Of a DNA stretch of 64,000 bases, positions 48,429-57,823 are shown one piece after another. Location: positions 1-64,000 of IMG/VR virus record IMGVR_UViG_3300005747_000263; one strand, 5' to 3'. Source of the stretch: a virus. The number at the start of each line of letters is the position of its first letter. The stretch's first letter is position 1. Below the pieces are notes generated by a model. That model saw nothing but the letters and a program-made list of their open reading frames with translations, was not told the DNA's origin and made no database searches. The translations under genes were made by a program, and so were the position numbers.

Positions 48429-48608
48429 ATGACTAAAGAAAAGCTTTTACAAGATTTTGCCCAAGAATTGATTACGATTATCAATGCGTCCCACAGAGAC
48501 ATGAATGTTCAGTATGAACTACTCATGCGCCGTCTGAAAGACTTGGACGAAGAATCTGAGCCCGAAGAGGCTGCTGCTAAAGTTACTAAACCAAAAACTA
48601 CTAAGTGA
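48429..48608 (+). CDS. 59-aa coiled-coil protein, possible fibre chaperone (not in ORF track)
   Basis: GGAGG RBS; MTKEKLLQDFAQELITII... Confidence 0.55.
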   Translation: MTKEKLLQDFAQELITIINASHRDMNVQYELLMRRLKDLDEESEPEEAAAKVTKPKTTK

Positions 48609-48618
48609 GTGAGTATTC

Positions 48619-49074
48619 GTGACGGACTTCTTTATTGAATCTTTGCAAATTAATGACGCCAACGTCGGCGTCGTAATTACTGAGACATCTCAGGTGCAAT
48701 CATTCGTTAACAGTTCGACCACGAGAAATAGACAGACCAGACAAGTAGTCCATCCGCTGGGTATGGAAGCTCCAAGCGTGAGTATTAAATTCACTTTGTA
48801 TGCAGATTCATACGCCAACTTAGTATCTAAGGATAACGACATGGAGACTGTACTGTTAACTCAGGTATCGTCTGGTATTCCATTGCGAGTAAGAACTAGT
48901 GACGTTCCAATTTACTTATCTCATAAAGATATCTTCCTCGTTCTGGAGTCTCCTTCATTTATGAGTAAAAGTGACTTTGGGGGTCACGCGGTTGAATACA
49001 CTTTAACGGGTAAACTTCACGGTATCAGTAATGTTGATGGCGGAGATATTGACCCGTTAGACCCGTGGGCGTAA
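48619..49074 (+). CDS. distal-tail (Dit)-like protein 1, putative
   Basis: Beta-rich, 151 aa; paralogue of the next ORF. Confidence 0.45.
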   Translation: MTDFFIESLQINDANVGVVITETSQVQSFVNSSTTRNRQTRQVVHPLGMEAPSVSIKFTLYADSYANLVSKDNDMETVLLTQVSSGIPLRVRTSDVPIYLSHKDIFLVLESPSFMSKSDFGGHAVEYTLTGKLHGISNVDGGDIDPLDPWA

Positions 49075-49077
49075 TAC

Positions 49078-49605
49078 ATGGTTGACGTTTACTTTAATGA
49101 TTTACAATTGAATGCTGCTGGCATAGAATGTAATATCCCCGATGTTAAGCGTAGTAAATCATTTAGTAATCGTTCACACGTATTTGTAGACAGTAGTAAT
49201 TACAGAACATATCCCATTAGCGCTGAGTCTACAAGTATTGACTTAGAAATTGTTCTACGAACTACTAGTGGTGTATGGACTGATTTACTCGACATGGAGA
49301 AATTAATTTTCGATGAATGTACGCGTCAAGCGTCAGAGAAAATTCCTATTCGTATTAGAACTACAACTAATACGTATTTAAATAAGAATGACTATTTTGT
49401 CTTCTTAGAAGACGTTAATTACCGACGCGTCGGTACTGACGGCGTACACCATTTAGTTATTAAACTGAATGGTTTAGTTTACGGTATCAGCACCGCCAAC
49501 GGCGGTACAATTGACCCGACGAATCCTTGGAATGAAGTTGCACCGACACCGGCTTTCGGTATCGGCACTAACATTATTGGTTCCACACTCATAGGCGGAG
49601 ATTAA
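49078..49605 (+). CDS. distal-tail (Dit)-like protein 2, putative
   Basis: Shares LQ.N.A, IP.R.RT and L.G...GIS...GG.IDP..PW with the previous ORF. Confidence 0.45.
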   Translation: MVDVYFNDLQLNAAGIECNIPDVKRSKSFSNRSHVFVDSSNYRTYPISAESTSIDLEIVLRTTSGVWTDLLDMEKLIFDECTRQASEKIPIRIRTTTNTYLNKNDYFVFLEDVNYRRVGTDGVHHLVIKLNGLVYGISTANGGTIDPTNPWNEVAPTPAFGIGTNIIGSTLIGGD

Positions 49606-49606
49606 A

Positions 49607-51985
49607 ATGGCATATCCCACCACTATTGCATCGTTTTCCCAAACGGAATTTAAGAAAGCCAGTAACCTAGCATCTAGCACTGCCGCTGCTAACTACAGTA
49701 GTAGCGCAACTGCTATTGCGGTAAATAACGCTTCAAACCTTACGGTTTGGCCGAGTGATAACTTTGTTATTTATAACCAAGATACTGATGAATTAATTTT
49801 CTGCTCTAGTCGGTCTGGTAATAACTTAACTGTTGTTCGTAACCATGGTGGCAATGGTGCCGCCGCAATTACATCTGGCGATACGTTAAGTGTGGTTTGG
49901 GATGCCGCTACTTATGAGCACATGTGTAATGAAATCATTAACATTGAAACTGCTCTGGGAACCAATTTCGATGCAACCGATTTCTTTGATAAAACCGTCG
50001 ATGATACCGACGATATTACCGAGAGTGCCACTCGGTTATTCTTTACTACCGCAGAGCAAGCTAAATTAGCTGGCATTGAAGCCGGTGCGACCGCCGACCA
50101 GACGGCGGCAGACATTAGGGGATTGGGATTCTTCGATGTAACGAACGACGGCACGGGTAGTGGCTTAGATGCCGATACAGTCGATGGCATTGAGGCTGCA
50201 GCATTCCTTCGTTCCGATACGGCGGATAATGCGGCAGGAATCATTACTTTCGATAACGGTTTAAAAACAGATACTATCAGTGAAGATACTCCCGACACGG
50301 GAGTTACGATTGACGGCTTACTCATTAAAGATGGAGAAGCGGATTTATCGACGGTTGCTAAGCAACTTAAGAGTGCAACTACAGATGTGGACATTAGCGC
50401 TTCTGCCGCACCGACGGTTGGTCAAGTTTTAACTGCAATCAATAGTACTAGTGCTAGTTGGCAAACTTTCGGAGCCACTAGTCAGAGTGTTACACCTAAT
50501 AGTCAGACTGGTACTACATACACTGTTGTCAACGATGACAACGGTAAATTAATCTCGTTTAATAATGCGTCTGACATTGCGGTCACATTGCCCGACGCTG
50601 CAGGTACGGGATTCGATAACGGATGGTATGCTTTCGTTCAAAATACTGGCGTGGGAACTGTAACTATTACTCCTACGACTAGCACCATTGATGGTGCGGC
50701 AACGCTAGTATTAACTACCGACCAAGGTGCATTGATTGCATCGGACGGGACTAATTACTTTAGTGAAAGGGGAACTGGTGGTCTAGACATTGATGGTTTA
50801 GACCTGGATGCTTCTCCCGGTTCCGACGACTTCATTGTATTTTACGATACTACAGAGGGAGTTAATAATAAAGCTGCTCCCGGAGATATTTCGCCACTAA
50901 TTGACCACGATGTCACTACGAACTTTGTAGCAGACGAACACATTGCTCACAGTGGCGTGGATATTACTGCCGGTGCAGGATTAACTGGTGGCGGTGACAT
51001 TACTGCTACGCGCACTCTTGATGTGGGAGCCGGAACTGGTATTACAGTTAATGCCAATGATGTAGCCGTAGACCAATCGTTTAGTCCAACTTGGACTGGA
51101 ACTCACGACTTTACGGGCGCAACGATTACTGTCCCAACTCCTACCGCATCTTCACAGGCTACTACTAAAGATTACGTAGACGGTTTAGTCGAAGGTCTCA
51201 AGGGTAAGGGTCTTGTCGTTGCAGTTAGCGATTCAAACATTGCTTCATTAAGTGGTACAACTACTATTGATTCTGTTTCTGTCGTCGCCGAAGATGTTGT
51301 TTTATTGACTGGTCAAACTACGGCTAGCGAGAATGGTTCTTGGGTTGTTAAGGCTGGCGCTTGGGTTAGACCCGATAACTTTGATGTGGGGGTGAGTGCT
51401 TCTACTGCATTCTGGCTGTGTGACGAGGGTACTAATTACGCAGATACTCGCTGGTGGTGTACTAACAATGTCGGTAGCGATGTTGTTGATACCGATAACT
51501 TAACGATTGTTCGATTTAGTGGTGCTGCCGAGATTACTGCGGGTTCGGGGTTAAGTAAGAGCGGTAACACTGTTGACTTGGATTTCCCCGGCTTAACTGC
51601 TGAAACTACTCCCGTCACGGGGGATTTACTCGCAATTTATGATACCGTGGGGACGGCGCATAAGAAACTCGACTGGGAGGACGCCACCACTCCTGCGGTT
51701 CCCGCCGAAGAGACTGGTGCTTTCACAATTGGCGACGCTGAACATAACAGTGTCATTCGCGCTTCTGGTACATTTACAATCACATTAGACCATTCCGCAG
51801 GGAGCGACCCACCCAGGACGGGTTTCAACTGTGTCATCATTAACACGGGCACTGGTACCCTAACGTTCTCTTCTACTGATACCATTAACAGTGTGGATGC
51901 GGCTGTGACTCACTTGACGCAGTACGGCCAAATCGGTGCCTTCTACGATGGTGCTGAATGGTACATTAGCGGCCAATTGGAGTAA
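49607..51985 (+). CDS. tail fibre protein 2
   Basis: KLAGIEAGATADQT, GSGLDADTVDG, ATTKDYVD, VLLTGQT..SENG fibre modules. Confidence 0.8.
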   Translation: MAYPTTIASFSQTEFKKASNLASSTAAANYSSSATAIAVNNASNLTVWPSDNFVIYNQDTDELIFCSSRSGNNLTVVRNHGGNGAAAITSGDTLSVVWDAATYEHMCNEIINIETALGTNFDATDFFDKTVDDTDDITESATRLFFTTAEQAKLAGIEAGATADQTAADIRGLGFFDVTNDGTGSGLDADTVDGIEAAAFLRSDTADNAAGIITFDNGLKTDTISEDTPDTGVTIDGLLIKDGEADLSTVAKQLKSATTDVDISASAAPTVGQVLTAINSTSASWQTFGATSQSVTPNSQTGTTYTVVNDDNGKLISFNNASDIAVTLPDAAGTGFDNGWYAFVQNTGVGTVTITPTTSTIDGAATLVLTTDQGALIASDGTNYFSERGTGGLDIDGLDLDASPGSDDFIVFYDTTEGVNNKAAPGDISPLIDHDVTTNFVADEHIAHSGVDITAGAGLTGGGDITATRTLDVGAGTGITVNANDVAVDQSFSPTWTGTHDFTGATITVPTPTASSQATTKDYVDGLVEGLKGKGLVVAVSDSNIASLSGTTTIDSVSVVAEDVVLLTGQTTASENGSWVVKAGAWVRPDNFDVGVSASTAFWLCDEGTNYADTRWWCTNNVGSDVVDTDNLTIVRFSGAAEITAGSGLSKSGNTVDLDFPGLTAETTPVTGDLLAIYDTVGTAHKKLDWEDATTPAVPAEETGAFTIGDAEHNSVIRASGTFTITLDHSAGSDPPRTGFNCVIINTGTGTLTFSSTDTINSVDAAVTHLTQYGQIGAFYDGAEWYISGQLE

Positions 51986-51990
51986 TCATT

Positions 51991-54900
51991 ATGGTTGGCG
52001 TTCTCGGTGGCACGATGCTCGTGTATTTCGCGCAATTGTCGCGCACGTTTGGCGTGTTCGCTCCGCAGGGTATGCGCGTGGAAACCACTTTGTCGCCGTT
52101 CGACCATTCTGGTAATGGTTATGATTTGACGGTGACGGGCGCGACGGCTCGTTCGACTTCGGACTCGGAGATTCTGGCGCGGTGGGGCCGAGGATACGAC
52201 TTCGATGGGGCAAGTGACTATCTTCGCTCAACGAATTCCGCACTACAAATCACGGGCGACTTCTCTGCCACTTGTGTATTTCATGCAGATAGCGTATCTG
52301 CCAAACAAACAATATTCGGTTACTTGGGGGATTCGTCAGCAGAAACGGAAGCGACGAATATCCTATACCGCCTGACTATTGAATCGGATGGGACGATTGA
52401 CTACCTACACGAATACAGCACGGGAAGCAACGAAATCTTGTCGTCAACGGAGACCATTTCGACAGGCATCCACGAACTAACTATCACGAGGGATGTTTCC
52501 ACCAACACTGTTGTAGTATATGTCGATGGCGTGGAATTCATCAATGATACGTACACGAATGACCCCACGGGAGGGACGGATACGACTGATGGGTTTTTGA
52601 TTGGTTCCAGCGATGTTGGCTCCACTGAAAACTTGAATGGTGCAGTATATGAACTCCGCATCTGGGATTCACTCGTTGACCAAGAACTCCTTGACCAAAT
52701 CGTGGACCCCGACGACCTTACATATCGGAATACACCAGAAGGCAATGAACTAGCGTGTTGGTTCATGGAGAAACCAGTCGATTCCTTTGTTGATTTATCT
52801 GGCAACAATAATCATTTAACAGAGACGGGCACGATTGATACGCGCTTCGGTCCAGAACAAAAGTTTGGCGGCGGTGTTGGTGGATTCACGACGAGTGATT
52901 ACCTCTCAGTCGCGTCTGGTCAGGTCGCCGACATTGAGGGAGATTTAACAGTTGCCGTTAGGGGTCGATGGGGGGACTTGTCAGCAAGTGAAGTATTGTT
53001 TGACGCCTCCGAGACTGGGTTCGGAACTAGCGCATACATGATTCAGGCGCTAACGGACGGTACTATCAGATTTGAGCAAGCAAGTTCTAGTAATTCTGTT
53101 AATACATACGACTCTTCTTCTGGGGTAGCCAGCGCAGGCGATGAATTCTTCATGAAAATTAGGCGCGACGCGGGAGCCTCGTTGATTGTTGAATACAACG
53201 GCACTGAAGTAATCAATACGACGCCTGCTACGGTGTTTAGCAACACTTTTACGAGCCTGTGGCTTGGAGTTAATCGTACATCTTCTAGTTACGACAGGCC
53301 GTTAGGTGGTGCGATTTACGCTCTCGCAGTTTGGGACAAACTCGCCGACGAATCGTTAGTCAACAAGTGGCTGAATGCCTCGACCCCTGACTATCGCCGC
53401 GCCGCCCCCGACAATCCCATTGCTCACTATGAATTTAACAGGTTGGAACCGACTATTGATTCATCCGAGAACGGCTTTGACCTCACGGAAGTGAGTGGGC
53501 CATTCACTGCCGTCTACAAGAACGGTTTAGCGGTCGCTCCAATCGATTACAGTGGTAACGGTTACAATTTAACAGTTACTGGCGCTACTGACCGTGGTTC
53601 GCCTGACGGTCGATGGGGTAAAGGATACAACTTCGATGGTACGAATGACGAACTCGAAACCACGACTGGTGGTATCGATTTCATGGATGATTTGTCTCTA
53701 ACCATTACATTTGTTCAAGATACAGATGCTGGAACATCCACAAACACTCACTCTATTATCGGTAATCATACCAGTGGTGGTGCGGACCTTGGATTCCTCC
53801 TTCGCGTTGAATCGGATTCTGGACAGAAACTGAAATTCTACCAAGAAACCAATGGAACTGGACAGGACAGTTGGGACGTTGGTACAGTAGTTAATGGTAC
53901 GATACACACTGTGACGGTTCGACGCAGTGATTCTGCCAAGACTCTAGTCATTTACTTTGACGGTGTCAAAACGGTCGATACGACTTACACGGACATTCAG
54001 GACGATGCCGTCACTCGTGAGATTTATCTGGGTCACTCCCCGTCTGGTTCCAGTCGATTTTTGGATGGTGCAATCTATGAGTGTCGTGTCTGGGACTCAC
54101 TCGTCTCGCAAGCCACTCTAGATGCAATCGTTGACCCCAACGACGACACTTACAAATTCACACCCGAAGGGACAGAGGTTGCTTGCTGGTTCATGCAGAA
54201 AGACCTAAAGGGTTTCGCGGAGGGGCAGACTTTGGATGGCTCGGCGGATTACTGGGACGTACCGAACGATGCGTCCTTGGCGCACACAGGTGACCAAACA
54301 ATTTTACTTCGTGCAAGTCTTGACTCACTTACTTCTGGGTCGGGTGCGCTGTTCTCACTCGGTGAGTCGGCAGGGGCAGATGCCAACGACGTAAACATGG
54401 ACTTGGTTTTCAGCACCGCGACGGATGAATACATTTTCCAAGTTGGGAATGGCACTACTCGGGATGACATTGTCGTCCCGGCTACGGCAGGGGAACATAC
54501 ATTCGTTTGTATTCGGGATGTGACCAATAATACGATTAAGTTACGAATTGACGGTTCTGAAACCACTGAAACTTTGACCGTTATCCCGACTACAACATCC
54601 CCGCGCTTCAGGATAGGGTCTAGACCGTTTGCGGCGGCAAGTGTATTCTGGGATGGGGTCTTTCACGACCTTCGCATCCTCAACCGCGTCCCAACCGCCG
54701 ATGAAATCACCGCTTACGAGAACGGTGAAATTGACAACTTGAATCCATTTGGGGATGAAGTCGCGGCGTGGGGCTTTGGAACTCCCTCTACACAAAAGGT
54801 ACGCAAAAACAGCACGACTGATTACACTCACAGCGGCCACGATTTGACGGAAGTCAGTGGTCCGTTTACCCCTGTTTATGCCACGGGTTACGCATTGACG

Positions 54901-56178
54901 CCGAATGATTTCTCTGGTAATGGTCACCACTTGACCGTGACTGGGGCGACTCAGCGGCCCGGTGTTGATGACCGTTGGGGGTTGGCTTACGACTTTGATG
55001 GAACAAATGATGATTTGAATTCGTCCAACTCCAACTTGAACATTACTGGGGACTTATGCATCACTTGGGTCGGAACGATTGACACGCTAGAGTCTGGTAA
55101 TCAGTTAATCGGCTGGTCCGATGCAGGGGAGACAGAAGCGACGAATGTCACATACCTGATTCAAAATGCATCTAACCAGTGGAGATATGTTCACGAATAT
55201 AGTGCAGGTTCTAATGAACTTGTTGACACGGGAACCGTTACGACGGGTTTGCATCGGATAACGCTGAGACGAGACGATTCCACTAAGAATGTTACCATGA
55301 AAGTCGATGGGGTGACTGTCATAGACTTCGATTATACCAATTCACCCACGGGCGGTACGACAGGGGCGTTCTCGATTGCTCACCAGTTAGACGGTGGCAA
55401 TACCTATATGGATGGGTCTGTTTACGAATGTCGCATCTGGGACAGCCTCGTCTCCCAAGCCACGCTGGACGCCATCGTTGACCCAAACGACACTACATAC
55501 AAAGGAGTCGCCGAAGGCACCGAAGTAGGTTACTGGTCCATGAATAAGGACTTGACAGGATTCGGGCACGGGCAGGAATTGGATGGTAGCGCGGATTACT
55601 ATACCGTGTCTAACGATGCGGATTTCGCTACGTCTGGCGACATGACTGTGATGACTCGCTACAAGAACGACTCGGTCGATTTTAGTAGTGGTGCTGATTT
55701 CATATTCAGTATATGTGAATCTGGAGGAACGTTGCTTGAAGATGCCGCGCTTGCGCTTTATTATTCTAGCGCAGACGACCATCTTCGTGCCTCGACGGGC
55801 AACGGTACGACTGTAGTAATAGCAGACTCCAATATCACTACGACAGCGTCAGAACATACAGTGATTGTAATCAGAGATAAGAGTGATGCTGATGAATTGA
55901 AGCTGAGACTGGATGGTTCAGAAGTCGATAATTCAGATATTTCTTCCATTACACCGACCACGTCGAGTATTGAGTTTAATATCGGACAAAGAGTCTACGA
56001 TGGTGGCGGGAATTATTTCAACGGTAGATTATATGATATCATCGTCCTAGACCGCTTACCAACCGCCGACGAGATTGCAGACTACGAAGCGGGAACCTTG
56101 ACTGCGGCTAACCCGCCAAGTGATGCCCTCGCCGCGTATGCGTTCGGGGACCCATTATTCGTAGACGAGGAATCATAA
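51991..56178 (+). CDS. multi-LamG (concanavalin A-like) receptor-binding protein
   Basis: About six repeats of D.SGNG..L..T.G / FDG..DY / G.IYE.R.WD. Confidence 0.85.
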   Translation: MVGVLGGTMLVYFAQLSRTFGVFAPQGMRVETTLSPFDHSGNGYDLTVTGATARSTSDSEILARWGRGYDFDGASDYLRSTNSALQITGDFSATCVFHADSVSAKQTIFGYLGDSSAETEATNILYRLTIESDGTIDYLHEYSTGSNEILSSTETISTGIHELTITRDVSTNTVVVYVDGVEFINDTYTNDPTGGTDTTDGFLIGSSDVGSTENLNGAVYELRIWDSLVDQELLDQIVDPDDLTYRNTPEGNELACWFMEKPVDSFVDLSGNNNHLTETGTIDTRFGPEQKFGGGVGGFTTSDYLSVASGQVADIEGDLTVAVRGRWGDLSASEVLFDASETGFGTSAYMIQALTDGTIRFEQASSSNSVNTYDSSSGVASAGDEFFMKIRRDAGASLIVEYNGTEVINTTPATVFSNTFTSLWLGVNRTSSSYDRPLGGAIYALAVWDKLADESLVNKWLNASTPDYRRAAPDNPIAHYEFNRLEPTIDSSENGFDLTEVSGPFTAVYKNGLAVAPIDYSGNGYNLTVTGATDRGSPDGRWGKGYNFDGTNDELETTTGGIDFMDDLSLTITFVQDTDAGTSTNTHSIIGNHTSGGADLGFLLRVESDSGQKLKFYQETNGTGQDSWDVGTVVNGTIHTVTVRRSDSAKTLVIYFDGVKTVDTTYTDIQDDAVTREIYLGHSPSGSSRFLDGAIYECRVWDSLVSQATLDAIVDPNDDTYKFTPEGTEVACWFMQKDLKGFAEGQTLDGSADYWDVPNDASLAHTGDQTILLRASLDSLTSGSGALFSLGESAGADANDVNMDLVFSTATDEYIFQVGNGTTRDDIVVPATAGEHTFVCIRDVTNNTIKLRIDGSETTETLTVIPTTTSPRFRIGSRPFAAASVFWDGVFHDLRILNRVPTADEITAYENGEIDNLNPFGDEVAAWGFGTPSTQKVRKNSTTDYTHSGHDLTEVSGPFTPVYATGYALTPNDFSGNGHHLTVTGATQRPGVDDRWGLAYDFDGTNDDLNSSNSNLNITGDLCITWVGTIDTLESGNQLIGWSDAGETEATNVTYLIQNASNQWRYVHEYSAGSNELVDTGTVTTGLHRITLRRDDSTKNVTMKVDGVTVIDFDYTNSPTGGTTGAFSIAHQLDGGNTYMDGSVYECRIWDSLVSQATLDAIVDPNDTTYKGVAEGTEVGYWSMNKDLTGFGHGQELDGSADYYTVSNDADFATSGDMTVMTRYKNDSVDFSSGADFIFSICESGGTLLEDAALALYYSSADDHLRASTGNGTTVVIADSNITTTASEHTVIVIRDKSDADELKLRLDGSEVDNSDISSITPTTSSIEFNIGQRVYDGGGNYFNGRLYDIIVLDRLPTADEIADYEAGTLTAANPPSDALAAYAFGDPLFVDEES

Positions 56179-56612
56179 TGAACGCACCAATACCACACCC
56201 AATACCAGATAACGAATGGATAGAGCACTTAACTTCCCGTGGCAAGTCAAAAAACGTCATGGCATACACATGGGGCAATGATGATGGCTCCCCTAATGGG
56301 GAAGACCATATTGTTCTCAAGGAGTCTGATTTCAAAGCTGTTCTTGCGGGTAATCCATCAAGGGCCATTAAGCGACGAATCGTCCATGAATTGGGTCACA
56401 ACTTCGATAAGGACCGGAACAGCTTCGACCGTGTATACGACCATCCACATATTGATACGGAGGGATTGTGGGCTGCGATTAAGGACGCTGTATTAGTGAA
56501 GAAGTTTGGTACGATGTCCGCCATTGAGCAACTTCAATGGTTTGCTAAACCTAAGCACATTTGGGCTATATATGATGATGTTGTAACTGAATGGCGCAAT
56601 TACACTTATTAG
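56178..56612 (+). CDS. HExxH zinc metallopeptidase-like protein
   Basis: IVHELGHNF. Confidence 0.6.
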   Translation: MNAPIPHPIPDNEWIEHLTSRGKSKNVMAYTWGNDDGSPNGEDHIVLKESDFKAVLAGNPSRAIKRRIVHELGHNFDKDRNSFDRVYDHPHIDTEGLWAAIKDAVLVKKFGTMSAIEQLQWFAKPKHIWAIYDDVVTEWRNYTY

Positions 56613-56621
56613 GAGTTATTT

Positions 56622-57323
56622 ATGATTAAGAAAATTTTGTTAGCCATTTTTATTTTAATGCTTGCCGTTTTGGGTATGCCGTTCGGTGTGGGTCAGTATG
56701 ACCCGGCGGACCCTAGTACTGGTAGTAGTGATTACGACCATGATATGTTGACGGCTGCCGAGGAGTACCAAATCTCCACGGACCCCCGCATCTTCGACAC
56801 CGACGGTGACGGGATGTACGACGGCTGGGAAGCGTTCTTTGATGTTGGTCCCGCTCTTTATAATCCTGAAGCCGACCCCGACATGGATGGGTGTAGTAAT
56901 CTACTCGAATTCGAGATGGCTACGCATCCACGTAAGGCAGACACCGACGGCGATGGCTTGAGCGACTGCAACGACAGTGACCCCTTGTTCAACCCCTACG
57001 AGGGTGGAGCGGCTGGCGGCGACTTCGTAGGCGACCGTGGCCCCAGTGGCACTCCTGAAGAAGGCGGCGGTACTGGCGGCGAATCTGGTTCCAGCGAAGG
57101 TGAATCCGGTGAAGGCCAGGGTGGTGAAGGCCAGGGCGAAGGCGGTAATGGCGAAGGTCAAGGTCAGGGTAATGGTGGAGAAGGCAATGGTGATGGGGGA
57201 GAAGGTCAACCCGGCGAGGGTGGCGAAGGTGAAGCTACTCCCGGTGAAGGTTCCGGCAACGGAAATGGTGGCGGAGATGGCGGACCAAGTGGTCCAGTGT
57301 CTCCACCCATCGGAAGTCCATAA
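56622..57323 (+). CDS. secreted protein with TSP3-like Ca-binding DxDxDG repeats and a Gly/Glu-rich tail
   Basis: N-terminal signal peptide; TDP..FDTDGDGMYDGWE, ADTDGDGLSD; GEGQG repeats. Confidence 0.8.
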   Translation: MIKKILLAIFILMLAVLGMPFGVGQYDPADPSTGSSDYDHDMLTAAEEYQISTDPRIFDTDGDGMYDGWEAFFDVGPALYNPEADPDMDGCSNLLEFEMATHPRKADTDGDGLSDCNDSDPLFNPYEGGAAGGDFVGDRGPSGTPEEGGGTGGESGSSEGESGEGQGGEGQGEGGNGEGQGQGNGGEGNGDGGEGQPGEGGEGEATPGEGSGNGNGGGDGGPSGPVSPPIGSP

Positions 57324-57425
57324 ACGCTTTCTAAGCGCATTTCTCGGGCCAAGTGGACCCGATGTACCTCTACCCCCATCAATCGCTCTTAGAAACCGTT
57401 CTAGGGGCCTTAGAATTGATTCTGG
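57321..57425. repeat. dispersed ~100-bp element, copy 4
   Basis: AAACGCTTTCTAAG ... CTTAGA ... GGGCCTTAGAATTG (80-nt spacing). Confidence 0.6.
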
Positions 57426-57535
57426 CACAATAGTTGTGCCCCAGTTTCGGCTGTAAACCGATTTAGGGCGGAATTGGCCGCCACATTCACACTCAGGCCC
57501 AAGGGAGGAGTTCCTCCGCACTCCCTTGGGTCCCC
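57425..57535. terminator. hairpin cluster at the convergent transcription junction
   Basis: CCCAAGGGAG/CTCCCTTGGG, GCAC/GTGC and TCGG/CCGA stems. Confidence 0.5.
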
Positions 57536-57580
57536 AGTGTGCGCGCCCCTAGTATACTATACACTATACTACGTATAGTA

Positions 57581-57823
57581 TTACTTCATAAGTTTCCTTG
57601 CTTTAGTTACTAGTCGAGGAGTAATTACTCTTATCAACCTATCATAATGATACCTTGATATGGTTCCTTGTTCTAATTGTTTATCTAATGCAGGTAAATA
57701 ACTCTTACTTAACCACTTAATGATTTCTTTTTCTCGTTCAACGCTAAGTTTCTTATGAGTAATTACTTCTCCCTCCGTAGGAGACTGGTTAGTATTACTC
57801 TTGTTTACTGTTTTCTTTGGCAT
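57581..57823 (-). CDS. hypothetical basic protein
   Basis: 80 aa; GTGAGG RBS. Confidence 0.55.
   Translation of the reverse strand: MPKKTVNKSNTNQSPTEGEVITHKKLSVEREKEIIKWLSKSYLPALDKQLEQGTISRYHYDRLIRVITPRLVTKARKLMK

Noticed and set aside
44972-56178. Diversity-generating retroelement acting on the fibres
   Set aside because: No reverse transcriptase and no adenine-specific TR/VR pair seen; the repeats are ordinary domain duplications
20538-57521. Many minus-strand ORFs of 60-294 aa within the structural region
   Set aside because: Antisense shadows of well-supported plus-strand genes, lacking RBS or motifs
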